Shown here in pieces: positions 26,770-40,517 of a stretch of 64,000 nt of DNA. The DNA is taken from assembly GCF_963921235.1 (NCBI RefSeq), contig NC_086097.1:178624001-178688000 (forward strand). Reading direction: 5' to 3'. The notes under the pieces were generated by a model. That model did no database searches and was not told the origin of the DNA. It saw only the letters and a program-made list of their open reading frames with translations. A program made the translations under genes and the position numbers. The stretch comes from Mobula hypostoma. Lineage: Eukaryota. Within the stretch, counting starts at the first letter, position 1. The number at the start of each line of letters is the position of its first letter.

Positions 26770-27400
26770 ATCCTATCCGGATACATCGTAGTTCAGTGTG
26801 GCAACTGCTCTACCTATGACCTCAAGAAACTGCAGAGAATTGTGGGCGCAGCTCAGAACATCACAGGAGCCGGCCTTCCCTCCGTGGCCTCTGTCTACAT
26901 TTCTCACTGCTTCAGTAAAGCAGCCAGCATAATCAAAGACTCTGCCCAGCCAGGACATTCTCTCTTCTCCTACCCCTCCCATCGGGTAGAAGATTTAAAA
27001 AAGCCTTAAATGACATACGTACCATCAGAATCAAGGACAGCTTCTATCCTGCTGTTATAAGACTGTTGAACAGTTCACCACAGCAATAGAATGGACAGCC
27101 CGATCCCAATCCCAATCCCAGTGCCTGCAAATACATACAACCAGGCTCAAAAACAGCTTCTATCCTGCTGTTATCAGACTATTGAACAGTCCCTTAGCCT
27201 GTTGGACTATTGACCTCACAACCTCCCTTGTTATGATCTTGCACCTTATTGTCTGCCTGCACTGCACTTTCTCTGTAAGTGTAACACTTTATTCTGCGTT
27301 CTGTTATTACTTTCCCTTGTACTATCTCAACGATGTAATGAAATGATCTGCAAGACAAGTTTTTCACTAAACACGTGACAATAGTAAACCGATTCAATTC
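26770..27400 (+). mobile_element. Rex1/Babar 3' fragment with a duplicated terminal coding segment
   Basis: gcagccagcataatcaaagac is present, and cagcttctatcctgctgttat occurs twice (about 27038 and 27154). Confidence 0.7.
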
Positions 27401-28034
27401 AATAATCTGTGTTGTTTTTCTTGCTTCTGCGTTTATCCTCCTGCCCTCTCCAAATGCTTCGCCTCTCACTCTGGCTTTTCAACTTTCCTTCAAGCGGTCA
27501 AGGTTAGTGGCAGGTTGTTCTAAGTTCACTGCTCCCAATAGTGCCTTGATAGAGACATGCAGCATTGAAACAGAACCCCTTGTACAGCCGCTCCATGCTG
27601 ACTGCGATTCCTTCTGAGTTGGTCCTATTTATCCATGTTTGGCCCATATTCCTCTGAACCTTTCATATCCATTTGCCAATCCAAATACTTTTTACATGTT
27701 AGTATACCTCCCTCAGCTCGATGATATCCAAGGCAAAGAGTAGCGGTAAGGTGAAGGCAGGATAAAGAACAGAGCCTAAGAAACAGAGCAATCTTCTAAA
27801 CTATTCCTTTCCATGTACCTGTCTAAATGCCTTTTAAAAATTGTAATTGCACTTGCCTCTACCAGTCCCACTGGCAGCTTATTCTACATACCATCCTATG
27901 TGTGATCTTAGTTAGAATTAGTTAATTAGTACAGATCTGTACTAGTTGTCGAAGACATGCTGGACCAGTGAGTTTCAACTTGTAATAGGATCACAGAGTC
28001 ATACAGCACATAAACATGCCCTTCTGCCATCTTT

Positions 28035-28693
28035 GTGCTAGTCCTTCGGATTTGCAGAAGACACGCTGTCGTGCAGTTCATCGGTGGACACGGAGGTGGC
28101 TCTGCAGTCCCAGTCTGGAAGTGCAGAGTCTAGCACAATGGGGGCACTGGAAGTCCGTTGTAATAATTGTGGCTGCTGTTCTGTGCTGCCACTCACGGTT
28201 TTCCATCGGTTTTTGGCAGCGCCTGTCTTCAAAACTGGTGTAGGCTTCATAGCACAGGGCTCACCAGCGGGTTGTGACAGCAGCCGCAGCTTCTAGTTCC
28301 CTTGGCTGGATGTCACAGTAGCGTAGGGTTTCCTTCACAGCGTCTTTGTAGCACTTGTGTGGGTGACCTGGAGGTCTCTTTCCGGTCTCCAGTTCACCAT
28401 AGAGCAACTGGCGAGGCATACGGTAGTTATCCATTCTGATGACGTGTCCCAGCCACCGCATCCGGACTCTGCTGATTGGGGACTCAACGCTGGTGGACTC
28501 CGCGCGATCCAAGGCCTCCAGGTTGGCGACATGGTCTTGCCAAGGATGGAGCGGAGGGCGCACATGTGAAATTTCTCCAGTTGTTTGATGTGTTGTCGGT
28601 ACAGAGTCCATGTCTCACATCCATCTAGGAGAGAAGGGATGACCACAGCTCTGTAGACTTTCAGCTTTGTGGAGAGGCGGACGTTGTGTTGAT
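28035..28693 (-). mobile_element. RTE-clade (BovB-like) LINE 3' fragment
   Basis: Encodes TKLKVYRAVVIPSLLDGCETWTLY, RMRWLGHVIRMDNYRMPRQLLYGEL, and a terminal CPHCARLCTSRLGLQSHLRVHR* zinc finger. Confidence 0.9.
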
Positions 28694-28839
28694 TGAGCAT
28701 CACATTTATGCTAATTATCATACCTATCTACACTAATCATGGTATACCTTGGAGATTTAATAGCTCATCCAGGTATCTTAGATCCAACCAAAGACAGAGA
28801 ACGCTGGAAGAAGTCATGAGGTTTCAGCTGACTATATTA

Positions 28840-29330
28840 TTTTGTGCAGTTCTGGATGCCACATTACAAGGAAGATGTGGGGAGGGTGGAGAGGATGCAG
28901 AAGGGATTCACCAGGATGCTGCCTGGAATTGAGGCTGTGTACTATAAAGAGAGGTTGGACAGATTTGGGACGTTTACTCTGGAGCGTTGGAGGCTGAAGG
29001 GAGACCTGATAGAAATTTATAAAATTATAAAGGGTAGAAATAGGGTAGACAGCTGGCATTATTCTCCCAGGGTAGAGATGTCAAGTGCTCAAGGAAATGT
29101 ATTTAAGGTGAGAGGGAAAAAGTTCTGAGGGAGATTTGTGGGGAGAGAGTGGCGGGTGCCTGGAATGGGCTGCCAGGGATTGTGGTGACAGTGGACATGA
29201 CAGCTGCATGTGTGAGGTTGTTAGATAGACACATGAATATGCAGGAGATGGAGCATGTGAATGATGTACAGACAGAAGTGAATGAGTTTAATTTGGCTTC
29301 GTGTTCAGCCAGAAAGTCTGTTCCTATGCC
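28840..29330 (+). mobile_element. CR1 3' fragment
   Basis: Encodes QFWMPHYKEDVGRVERMQKGFTRMLPG...KGDLIEIYKIIKG. Confidence 0.85.
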
Positions 29331-30039
29331 GGGTCCGGCAGCCTCTACAGAGAGAAAAACAAGATTGAGTATTTTGTGTGGAGGACCCTTGAGCAGAAGG
29401 TTTGTGACTTCCACAGCTCCAGATGCAGTGCTGAAAGTCCATTTATGGTTTCCATGGACATGGTGGACTGAATGGCCTTCTATTCTGTAAATTTCAGTGA
29501 TTGCATCCCCAATTCATCTCCAGTACTTAATAATTTTCCCATCTGTGTCCCTGCCAGTTCTTCTGCCCAGCCCCAATTAGACGGTTAGCTCTCTGCAAAG
29601 CTGTGGTGCATCTTTATCTCCCAGTTGGCAGAGTATGTGATTCCCATTGCGACACTCCCAATAAACTACGTTGAAGTTTAGATTAAAAATCTCCAATTAT
29701 AATCCCGTTCAGATGAAGTAAATTCATTAATGCACACCAAATATTCTAGACTGTCAACAGATTTTGATAGAAATTGCCAGTGAGTAGTTAATTTTGAAGT
29801 ATGCAATAAACAATCTTAGATTTATAAAATATTGAATATTGGTATTTATTAATGTTTAATAATTAATCAAGGCAATCCTTGAACAGCAATCTGCCTACCA
29901 AAGAACTTAACCACGTTTACAGATCTGTTGGGTCTAAGTGTGTGGTGCCAAAGACCTGGTGAACACAAGGATGTGAGTTCCAAATCCCATCAGTTCACTA
30001 GGGAATTTACTATTTTTTTGAAAAAATGTATGTTTTTTC

Positions 30040-30715
30040 CGAGTCAGATTTATTATCATTGACTTATGATGACAGCAGTACAGTGCAAAGGCATAAAGAT
30101 CTATAAATTATAGAAATAGTCCACTCATGGGTTCATGGACCGTTTAGAAATCTGACAGCAGAAGGGAAGAAGATGTTCCTAAAGCATTGAGTGTGGGTTT
30201 TCATGGACATATACTCCTTCCTGATGGTAGCAATGAGAAGAGTGCATGTTCTGGATGGTGAGTGTCCTTTATGATGGATGCTGTCTTCTGGAGGCTTCTG
30301 TTGAAGGTGTTCTCGATGGTGGGGAGGGTTGTGCCTGTGGTGGAACTCACTGGATCTACAACCATCTGCAGCTTCTTGCGATCCTGTGCATTGGAGCCTC
30401 CATACCAAGCTGTGAAGCAACCAGTTAGAATGCTGTATGGAAACTGTAAGTGTCTTTGGTGGACATAACAAGACGTCACAAACTCCTAATGAAGTAGAAA
30501 CACCTGCATTCCTTTGTCATGATTGCATCTACGTGTTAGGCCCTGGAAAGAGCCTCCAGGGTATTGATGGACAGGAACTTGAAGCTGCCCACCCCTTCCT
30601 CTGCTGACTCCTCAGTGAGGATTGCTGTGTGTTCTCCTGACTTGCCCTTTCCGAGGTCTCAGTCAGTTTCTTGGACTTGCTAACGTTGAGTGCAGGGTCA
30701 TTGTTGCACAAGGGC
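30040..30715 (-). mobile_element. Rex1/Babar 3' fragment
   Basis: Encodes SILTGCFTAWYGGSNAQDRKKLQ...IIKDTHHPEHALFSLLPSGR. Confidence 0.85.
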
Positions 30716-33544
30716 AGCATCTATTGCCCACCCTAATTGCCTCCTGAGAAGGACTGAGTCACTTTTTTGAACCACTGCGGACCTTCAGCCGTCTGTGCTC
30801 CCACAGTGCAGCTGGGGAGGAAGTTTCATGGTCTAAAGCCAGCACCGATGAAGGGCTGGCAGTAAATTTCCATGTCAGGATGGTGCACCGAGGGAACAGG
30901 AGCAGCAGATGGCCATCCAGCCCTGGAGCCTGCTCTATTATTCATCAAGAGCATGGCTCAAGACGGCAAGAAATTGCAGACAGATATGAACACAGTCAGT
31001 CCATCAGACAAAACAGTCTTCCCTCCATTGACTTTGTCTACACTTTTCACTGCCTTGGGAAAGCAACCAACATAATCAAGGACCCCCCACCCATCCTGGT
31101 CATTCTTTCTTATAACTCCCTTACCAGTGGGCAGAAGATACAGAGCTTGAGAACATATACCACCAGGCTCAAGGACAGTGTCTATTTTGCTATCATCACA
31201 TTCTATTATATGCTAAAGATGGATTCTCGATTTCCCATCTACCCCCTGTGTCCCTTGCACTTTGTTCACCTCTGCCTTTTGTCCTCTGTAACTGTAACAC
31301 TATATTCTGCATTCTGTTTTCCTTTTACTACCTCAGTGTACTCACATATAGAATAATTGTCTGGTTGGCATGCAAACAGAATTTTCTCACTGTGTCTCAG
31401 TACATGTGATAATAACAAACCAATATCTATACCAAGAAATATACGCCTATCGCATATCCCTATTTTAAACCATGCCCCTAGTCCTAGGCTATTCTAAAAA
31501 GGAAAACATGCTCTCTGTATTTAGGAGACATGACAGATAGTAGATGCTGGAATTTGTAGTAATTATGGAACTGTTGGAGGACCTCAGATGGTCGAGCAGT
31601 ATCTTCTGCGTGAAGACAGGGTTGGCAGTTCAAGTCATCTGACGCAAAGTCTTAAACCCAAAATATTGACCATTCCCCTGCCTCCACAGATGTTGCATTC
31701 CTCTAGCAGATTATTTTTTTGCTCCTTGCACATAGTCTGCCTGTAGGTTGGAGGAGAACCAACTTTCATGCTTCTGGTACCTTTAACCTTGGTGGTAGAG
31801 GTGTTGGGTTTGGGAGTGCTGTCAGAGTAGTCTGAGTGAGCAGCTGCGGTGATATTGTAGATGATGAATCCTGCAGCCTACCGTGTATTGGTGGTGGAGG
31901 GAGGGTCTGTTTCTGGGGGTACATGGAGTGCGAATCACACAGGCTGCTTTGTCCTGGATGGCACTCAGCTTCTTGAGAATTGTTGGGGCTGCACTCATTC
32001 AGGAAAGTGAAGAGGGCTCTGTCACTACCCCCACTCTCAGCATCTCACCTCATCGTGTTAACCAGACTGCGATTGGTAAAGAAGTTTTAATTAACCACTG
32101 ACATCTGACTACATACTAACAACCTGTGGACCTCCACAACTTCTGCAAAGCCTAACCGATGATATTCTGATATGGACCCCTCCTTCCTGCACTCCACTGG
32201 AAAATATTCATGTATTGTGGTTGCTAATGCTTCACAAGAACATAGAACAGCACAGGGTCAGGCCCTTCAGCCCATCGAGTCTGGGTTGAGCACAATGCCA
32301 CGTTAAACTGAATACCTTCTGCCTACACATGATGCATACCCCTCCATTCCCTAACTATTCAAGTGTCTGTCTAAAAGCCTCTTGCATACCACAATTTTAC
32401 TTGCTTCCACTTATAACACTGCAGCGGGTTCCAGACAGCCAGACCTGTCCCTGTGTAAAAAAAAATCAAGGGTTGAATGGTCTCCTCCTGTCCCTATTTC
32501 TCTTGTTCATCTGCGCGTCAGCTTACCCCCTCACATCTCAAAGCTTTGTCCTGCAGTATTTGGCACTTCTCTCCTATCTGTGCCACTCATGGTTTTGTAA
32601 ACTTTCAGATAGCCCCTCAGCCTCTGACACAGCAGAGAAAACAGCTAAAGTCTGTCCAGCTTCTCCTTTTTACGCATGCCCTTTAATCCAGCAAGCATCC
32701 TCAAGAGCCTCTCCAAAGCCTCCAGAACCAGAGCTGAATGCAAGGCTCCATACTCAGCCTAACCAAAGTTTTATACACCTGCATCATGATGCCCCACCGT
32801 GGAAGGGGTTATATACTTGTAGGCATGAAGGGAATTGGGCGATATGCCCATGAACAGGCACAAGGGTTGAATGGTCTGTTCCTGTCCCTATTTCTCTTGT
32901 TCATCTGTACTTCAGCTTCAACATCTGTCTGAAAATGGTGACAGGCTGCTGTGTTTGAGGCCCTTTCTAAAGGCAGGGAGTCTTTATCATTGCAAGGTGT
33001 GTGCTGTAGAGTGGGAAATGCTTTGTAAATATGCTCGTAAAGCAGGGCATACTGATGCCTGTTCTGGGACCACTTTCGAAGGGAGGACATGAAGAAAGGT
33101 TCATGAGTAAAGAGGTTTAAAAGGGCCAGTCGCTTTCTTTTTAAAAAGCATTTAGGAACAGTCTGCCTGTCAAAACCTCCATTAGACGCCCTGGGGAATT
33201 GTATTGCATATATTTATTTTGACAATTTTTGTTTAAATTCTCTGCTTACAGCGGTTAGTGTCAGGGTGACATTTTTTTTCTGTTAAACCTGAAATCTTTT
33301 ATCATTTCTCTCCCAAAGACCCACCTTTTACTCAACCTCTCAGCCATTTCCAAAACAATGAGGGGCCTGCATTTCTGTAGTGCCTTTCGCAGCATCAGGC
33401 CACCCTCCAAGTGTTTTAAGATCACAAGTTATAGCAGCAAAATTAGGCCATTTGGGCCACTGAGTCTACTCCACCAAAGCAATCATGGCTATGTGTTTTA
33501 AACCCGTTCTCTCTTCTCCCCATAATCCCTATCTCCCAAATTCC

Positions 33545-35942
33545 CAATACCCAACACAGTAAAGAAATGGTCTCCAGAGGCCATCGAGGCCTAGAAGGGT
33601 TGTTTTGCAGTTACCGACTGGAATGTGCTTTGTGAACAATACGGGAGGACATTAATAGACTTACTGATTGCATCACTGGCTACATCATCTTCTGTGTGGT
33701 CACTGTAATACCATCAAGGACTGTTCGCTGCTTCCCTAACACCAGACAATGGGTCACCAGTGATCTAAAGGCTCTTCTCAACCACAGAAAGAGAGCCTTT
33801 TGATCAGGAGATGTTGAGCAATTGAAACGTACAGAGGGAGCGAAAGGAGAAGATCAAGGTGGATAAAAAGGAATACAGGAGAGAGCAAGAGAACAAGCTT
33901 GGGCGGAATAGCACATGGGAGGTGGTGAGGCATGAAGAACATCACTGGCTTCAATCAACCTAGAATGCAGCCATGAATGGGGCTAATGAGTTAACCCAAT
34001 TCTTCAATAGATTTGACAATTTCCCCTCCTGTTCACACCCCACTCAGTACCCCATCCCAGGTGTGGGTCCCAATGCCTCCTCAGCACCAACACCTCCCCC
34101 TCTCCCTCCTCCCCCCTCCAGTTCAACACGTGGATGAACAACACAGGCTACCACTGTCTACATCCCCTCCTTCCCCTGCACCTCCCATCCACACCTCCGC
34201 ATACCAACTGCTATCATCCCAATCTTCACCCCTCCCAACCCCCACCTTCCACCAACTCCCCAGTCACCATGGACTCACCTTCAATACTGAGCAAGTGAGA
34301 AGGGCTCCAGAAAAACTCAGACATGGCAAAGCATCAGCACCGGATGGTGTGAGCCCCAAGATCCTGAAGGAGTCTGGAGTTCTTCAGCACATTTTCAGTC
34401 TGAGTCTCAGGCTGCAAAGGGTCCCGATTGTGTGCAAAGCATCATGCATGGTCCCAGTACCCAAGAAGGGCCAACCAACAGTCTTGAATGACTACCATCC
34501 AAGAGCCCTGACCTCACACATCATGAAGAGCCTAGAGAGGCTGGTTCTAGCTCACCTCCAACCCCTGGTCAGATCAGCCATTGATCCCTTGCAGTTTGCC
34601 TACCAGAAGCACATTGGAGTCGACGATGCTGTCATCCACCTGCTGAACAGAGCCTAATCCCATTTGCATAAACAGGGCAGCACTGTGAGGATTGTGTTTT
34701 TTGATTTCTCAAGTGCCTTCAATACCATCTGGCCCCCATTGCTGGGGGATAAAGCTCTGTATAATGCAGGTTGGAGGTTCCGTTGTAGGCTAAATAATGG
34801 ACTACCTGACTGGCAGAACACAATTTGTGCGGCTTCAGAGCTGTGTCAGACATGGCTGTAAGCAGCACGGGGGCCCCACAGGGGACTGTATTCACTCCCT
34901 TTCTGTTGATCCTGTATACCTTGGACTTTAAATACAACACTGAGTCATGTCATCTGTAGAAATTCTCTGATTACTCAGGAATAGTTGGGTGTATAAAGGG
35001 AGGACAGGAGGATAAATTATCTGTAGCTCAACATTAGTAAGACACAGGAGATGGTGATGGACTTTAAGAAGACTAAGCCTGCACTGCTCCGTCTTACTAT
35101 TGATGGTGAGGAGGTGGGTACGTTGAGGGCTTGCATGTACCTGGGGGTGCACCTGGATGATACACCTGAGTGGAGAGCTAACAGAGAGGCTGTGTACTAG
35201 AAAGGCCAGAGTCGCCTTTACTTCCTGAGGAGACTGAGGTCCTTTGGAGTATGCAGGCCTCTCCTTTACATGTTCTACCTGTCTGTTGTCGCCAGTACAA
35301 TCTTCTATGCAATGGTGTGCTGGAGCAATGGCATCAACATGGGTGATGCCAACAGGCTCAATAAACTGTTTAGAAAGGGTGGCTGTGTTATAGGAATTAA
35401 ACTGGACACACTGGAGGCTGTGGTAAAACAAAGGACCCTACGAAAAATCCTGGCAATTCTGGACAATGCTTCTCTGCAGCCACCTTGGCTGAACAGAGGA
35501 GCACTTTCGATAATAGACTAAGACAATTGTGCTGCTCTAAAGAGCGCTATATGAGGACATCCTTACCCTCGGTCACTAGGCTCTATAATGAGTCAACCTA
35601 TAGCCTGGAAAGTGATGACCCCTCCTGTTAGACTCTTATTCATCTCTGTTTAAGCACACTCTGCTATCGTGGACACCTTGTGCAATACTAGCATCACTTA
35701 TCTGGATGGTGTGAATTGGTCCCATTATTGTATAATATTATGGTAATTCTTGTACTACCATCATATCAGTGTGAACTTGCAAATCTGTAAATCTTGTAAT
35801 CTTTGACTTGTACATCTTATTTTGAAGGTAACTTTTTTTTTATTCTTACTTCTCTTCTAATATTTGTATATCTGTGCACTTGTAATCCTACTGTGACACT
35901 GGAATTTTCTTTAGGATCAATAAAGTATCTATCTATCTATCT
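33545..35942 (+). mobile_element. Rex1/Babar LINE of a distinct family with a (TATC)n tail, degraded, inserted in an antisense CR1 tail
   Basis: Encodes [51 protein letters not shown] and FYLSVVASTIFYAMVCW. It ends aataaagtatctatctatctat. Confidence 0.9.
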
Positions 35943-36679
35943 TACCAATCAAGAGACTATTGATCTCTGCCTTAAATCTGCCCAGTGACTTGTCCTCCGC
36001 AGCCCTCTGTGGCAACAGAATCCACAAAATCACCAACCCCTGGCTGAAGAAACTCCTCCTCATCGCAGTTCTTAAGAGAGGTTCCTTTTTTCAGAGGCTG
36101 TGCACTTGGATTTTAGACTTTTCCATGTCCCTCCATCAAGGCTTTTCTGCATCTGGTAGGCTTCAATGAGATTATCCGCTCATCATTCTGAACTCCATCG
36201 AATACAGGCCCAGGGACATCAAATACTCCTTGTACATTAAGCCTTTCATTCCTGGGATCATTCTTGTGAACTTCCTCTGGAGGTGTCTGCAGCTTCTCCT
36301 CTGACTGACATACAGAATGTAAGGTCTTCTTGAAGCAGTTTAGCAAATCCCACGGCCTTCTAGCATACAGCAAACTCCCAGAGATGGCAGTGTGACAATG
36401 GTAATGATTTTCTCTCTTCTATGTCCTTCCACGATTTCCACGTTCTCTAATGGATTAGCTGCCAGTAGCAAGTCTACCCATGGACATCAGTCTGTGTCAT
36501 CATTTGCTCTCTGACTTATGCCAGACATTTTCTTTGATCTCCCCACCCTTCCCTGCATCTTAAAAGCAAATTCCCTAGTTCTGACAAACAGACGACTTTT
36601 AGAGTTATACAATGTAGAAACAGGCCATTCAGCCCATCATTCATGGTGTTGAGACTGATAGGGCTGACCGTCACACCTA

Positions 36680-37580
36680 TCAAGTTTGCGGACAATAGGT
36701 AGGGTGACAGGTAGTATTGGGGAAGCAGAGAGGCTACAGGAGGACTTAGATTAGGAGAGTGGGTAAAGTGGTAGATGGAATGCAGTGTCAGGAAGTGCAT
36801 GGTCATGCACGTTGGTCGAAGAAATAAAAGCATAGACTATTTTCTAACTGGAGAGAAAATTCAAAAATCTGAGATGCAAAGGGAGTCTTTGTGCAGGATT
36901 CCCTAAAGGCTAATTTGCAGGTTGAGACAGCGGTGAGGAAGGCAAATGAAAAGTTAGCTTTTATTTCAAGAGGACTAGAATATAAAAGCAAGGATGTAAT
37001 GTTGAGGCTTTATAAGGCACTGGTGTGGCCTCATTTGGAGTATTGTGAGCAGTTTTGGACTGACCCCTTATCTTAGAGAGGATGTGCTAAAGCTGGAGAG
37101 GGTTCAAAGGAGATTCACGAAAATTATTCCAGGATTGAAAGGCTTATCACATGAGGAATGCTTGATGGCTCTGGGCCTTCACACACTGGAATGCAGAAGA
37201 ATGAGGGGGATCTTATTGACACCTGTTGAATGTTGAAAGGCCTCGATGGAGTGGATGCGGAGAGGATGTTTCCTGTGATGGGAGCGTCAAAGATCAGAGG
37301 ACACAGCTTCAGAATAGAGGGATGTCCATTTAGAATGGAGATGAGGAGGAATTTCTTTAGCCAGAGAGTGATGAATCTGGAATTTGTTGCCACAAGGCGG
37401 CAATGGAGGCCAAGTCATTTGGTATATTTAAAGCAGAGGTTGGTAGGTTCTTGATTAATCAGGGCATGAAGGATTACTGGGAGAATGCAGGAGATTGGGA
37501 CTGAGAAGGTAAAAGGATCAGCCATGATGAAATGTCAGAGCAGGCTTGATGGGCCAAATGGCCTAATTTTATTTTTGGTC
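36680..37580 (+). mobile_element. CR1 3' fragment (RT C-terminus to 3' UTR)
   Basis: Encodes KFAD, LAFISRGLEYKSKDVMLRLYKALVWPHLEYCEQFW and RNFFSQRVMNL. Confidence 0.9.
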
Positions 37581-37599
37581 TTTTGTCCTATCTATACTA

Positions 37600-38540
37600 A
37601 CCCACGATTCCCTATTCCTTTATTTCCTGCTCATTCAAGTACCTGTCCATGTGCCTGTTAAATGTCATTACTGTTTCTGCTTCCACCAAACACCCTGGTA
37701 GATTCTTTCAGATATCAACTACACTTGTGTAAAGAAGAAATTACCCCTTTGATCCCTTTTAAATCTCCACCCCTTACCTTAAACACATGCCCTCTTATTT
37801 TAGACATCCGCAGCATGGGAAACAGCCTTTGTCTACGTCTGTCTCACCCCTGAGCCTCTCCGCTGCAGGGAAAGCCAGATCCACCCTATCCAATCTCTGT
37901 TGACAAGTCAGGCCACCCCCCCCCGCCCCCCCAAACCGTCCAGGCAACATCCATGTGAATCTTTTCTGCACCATCTCTGGCTTAGCCATATGCTTCCTGT
38001 AGTGTGACGACCCGAACTGCACACAATATTTCAATGCGGCCTAGTCCACATTTTGTGCAGCTGCAACATGATATCCCTACTCACCATCCTGTCTACCTCT
38101 GTTCCCAATCTCTGGGAACTATGTACTTTGTACCACTAGATCTCTCTGTCCAACAACATTCCCCAGGGCCTTAGAGTTCGCCATGCAAGTTGTAGCCTGG
38201 TTTAACTTCACAAGATACATCCCTACGCACATGTCTAAATTAAATTCTATCTACCATGCCCTTTCTCACTTTCCCAGTTGATCTAGATCCTGTTGTAACC
38301 TTAGATCGACACCATCATCCACCATGCCACCAATTTTGGTTTCATTAACAAACTTACAAATTGCCCTCCTACATCCTTATCCAAATTCTTAATACCCAGA
38401 GTAGACAACAGGTCACTATAGCCTTTACTCTGAGAAACAGCCCATCACCAGCACTCTCCGACTCATACCTCCGAGCCAATTCTCCATCCAACAGGCAAAC
38501 TCACCCTTGATCGTAAGTGATAAACCTGGGCAGCCTACCA
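37600..38540 (-). mobile_element. Old CR1 fragment
   Basis: Encodes KYCVQFGSSHYRKHMAKPEMVQKRFTWMLPG on the minus strand. Confidence 0.7.
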
Positions 38541-39124
38541 TGTCATGTTTCCCTCTTCACAGCTGCTGCCTGACGTATTGAATCTTTTCTCCAATTCTTT
38601 TTTTAATTTCCAGCAGAGGACACGAGCACAGGAAAAGAGGATCAGGAGGAAGCCACTCAGCCCCACAAACCTGTGCTGCCATTTAGTACGATTGTGGCTG
38701 ATCTGCCAAGGCCTCATATCCTCTTCTATGCCATCTCCCCATTGCCTTCAGAACCAGAATAGAGTTTATTATCATTGGTTTATATGAGGCGAACTTCAGT
38801 ATTTTGTGGCAGCAGTACTGTGCAAAGACATAAAGTTAATATAAATTGCAAAATAAATAAATAGGGAAAAAGAGGAATGGCAAGGTAGTGTTCATGGGCT
38901 CATGGAACATTCAGGAATCAGAGAGTGGAGGTGAAGAAGCTGTTCCTGAATTGTTCCGTGTGGGTCTTCAGGCTCCTATTCTCCCAGATGGTAGTAACTC
39001 ATTGCCTGTTTTTTCAAGAATTTATCAATCTGCATCTAGAGTTCTTTTTGCTTTTTGACTTTAGTTTAACGTTGTGCATCTCAAGATGAAAGTTGTCCAA
39101 AGGTATCAGGAAAAGTCTCCTACA

Positions 39125-39475
39125 ACAACAAACTGGAGGAACTCAGCAGGTCGAACGTCAGTGGTGGGAAAGGGGTTGGAAAGGAGGAATTGATGACGTT
39201 TCAGGTTGAAACCCTGCACCAGGACGGAGAAGAGAGAAGAGGGGGAGTGGTGACAGAGGGGCCAGATGTGATTGGAGGACTGAGGAGGGGTGAAGATGAC
39301 AGGCAGATTGTGCCGGGGGGGAGAGGAGAGGAGGGGATGGAGTTGGGAAATAGTACTCCAGTCCTGTTGCAGTGCATCAACTTGAAACATTGGTGATATC
39401 TTTCCCTCCATAGATACTGCTCAACCTACTGAGTTCCTCCAGTAGATTCCAACATCTGCAGTCCCTTGTGTCCTC
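39125..39475. mobile_element. Inverted pair of Penelope terminal repeats
   Basis: ctggaggaactcagcaggtcg pairs with caacctactgagttcctccag. Confidence 0.7.
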
Positions 39476-40517
39476 TCTCCCCCTCCAGTGGTAGCCTAGG
39501 ATGTTTTAGGTCTCCTGGGAATCCCACTTTAATGTCTGGGAGATGTCACTTTTGTTGTCACTTTACTAGGTTCTGCTTCAAAGTAGATTTATTATCAAAG
39601 TACATAAATGTTACCATATACCTTGAGATCTGCTTCCTTGCAGGCATTTACAGGAAAAAAATATAGTAGACTTTACGAAAAACGATACATAATCAGACAA
39701 AAACTGACAAACAACCATTGTGCAAAAGAAGACAAGCTGCATTAAAAATAATACTGAGAACGTGAGTTTGAATGAGACCAGTTCAGAGCTGTGGTGAATG
39801 CAGCCATCTACGCTGGTTCAGGGGCCTAAGACACAAACCATGACCTACTGACTCAGGGTGACGGACCACAGGGGTTGTTCACGAAGGACTTAGGTTTGTG
39901 GTGCATGATGGATTCCCATGTTTGAGAGTCAGCAATCGGGGGGGAGGGGTAAATGAGAGTGGCAGGGTCTAACGTCCAGTACATTTCAGGGAGGCGTAAT
40001 GCAATAGGGTGAATGCACACTGTCCTTTTCCCAGGGTTAGGGAATGAAGAACAAGAGGGAGGAGGTTCACAGCGAAAGGAGAAATATAGGGGTAACATTT
40101 TCACACAGAAAACGTGGCCTGTGGAATGATTTGCTAGAGGAAGTGGTAGAGGTGGGTACAATAATAACATACAAAAGACATTTGGACAGGTACAAGGACA
40201 GGAAAGGTTTAGAGGGATATTGGCCAAGTGTAGCAGATGGGACTAACGGATAAGCATCTTGGTCAGTTTGGACCATGTGGGCAGAAGGGCCTGTTACCAT
40301 ATTGTATGACTCTCTGACTCCCCACCCATTAGGCTGTTTTATTGTAGTGTTTACATGCTGGTGAACAACTGCTTTCTTGTCCCAAGATGAATCTGAAAGG
40401 AATTTCCCAAGTACTACAGGACAGATGTGGAGGCCATGGAGAGGGCACATAGGACATTGCCTGGATTAGAGATCATGTCTTATGAGGAAAGGTTGAACAA
40501 GGTAGACTTTTCTCTCT

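Noticed and set aside
27100..27121. Telomere-like repeat (cccaat)n
   Set aside because: It is not TTAGGG and is too short. It is probably a LINE tail remnant.
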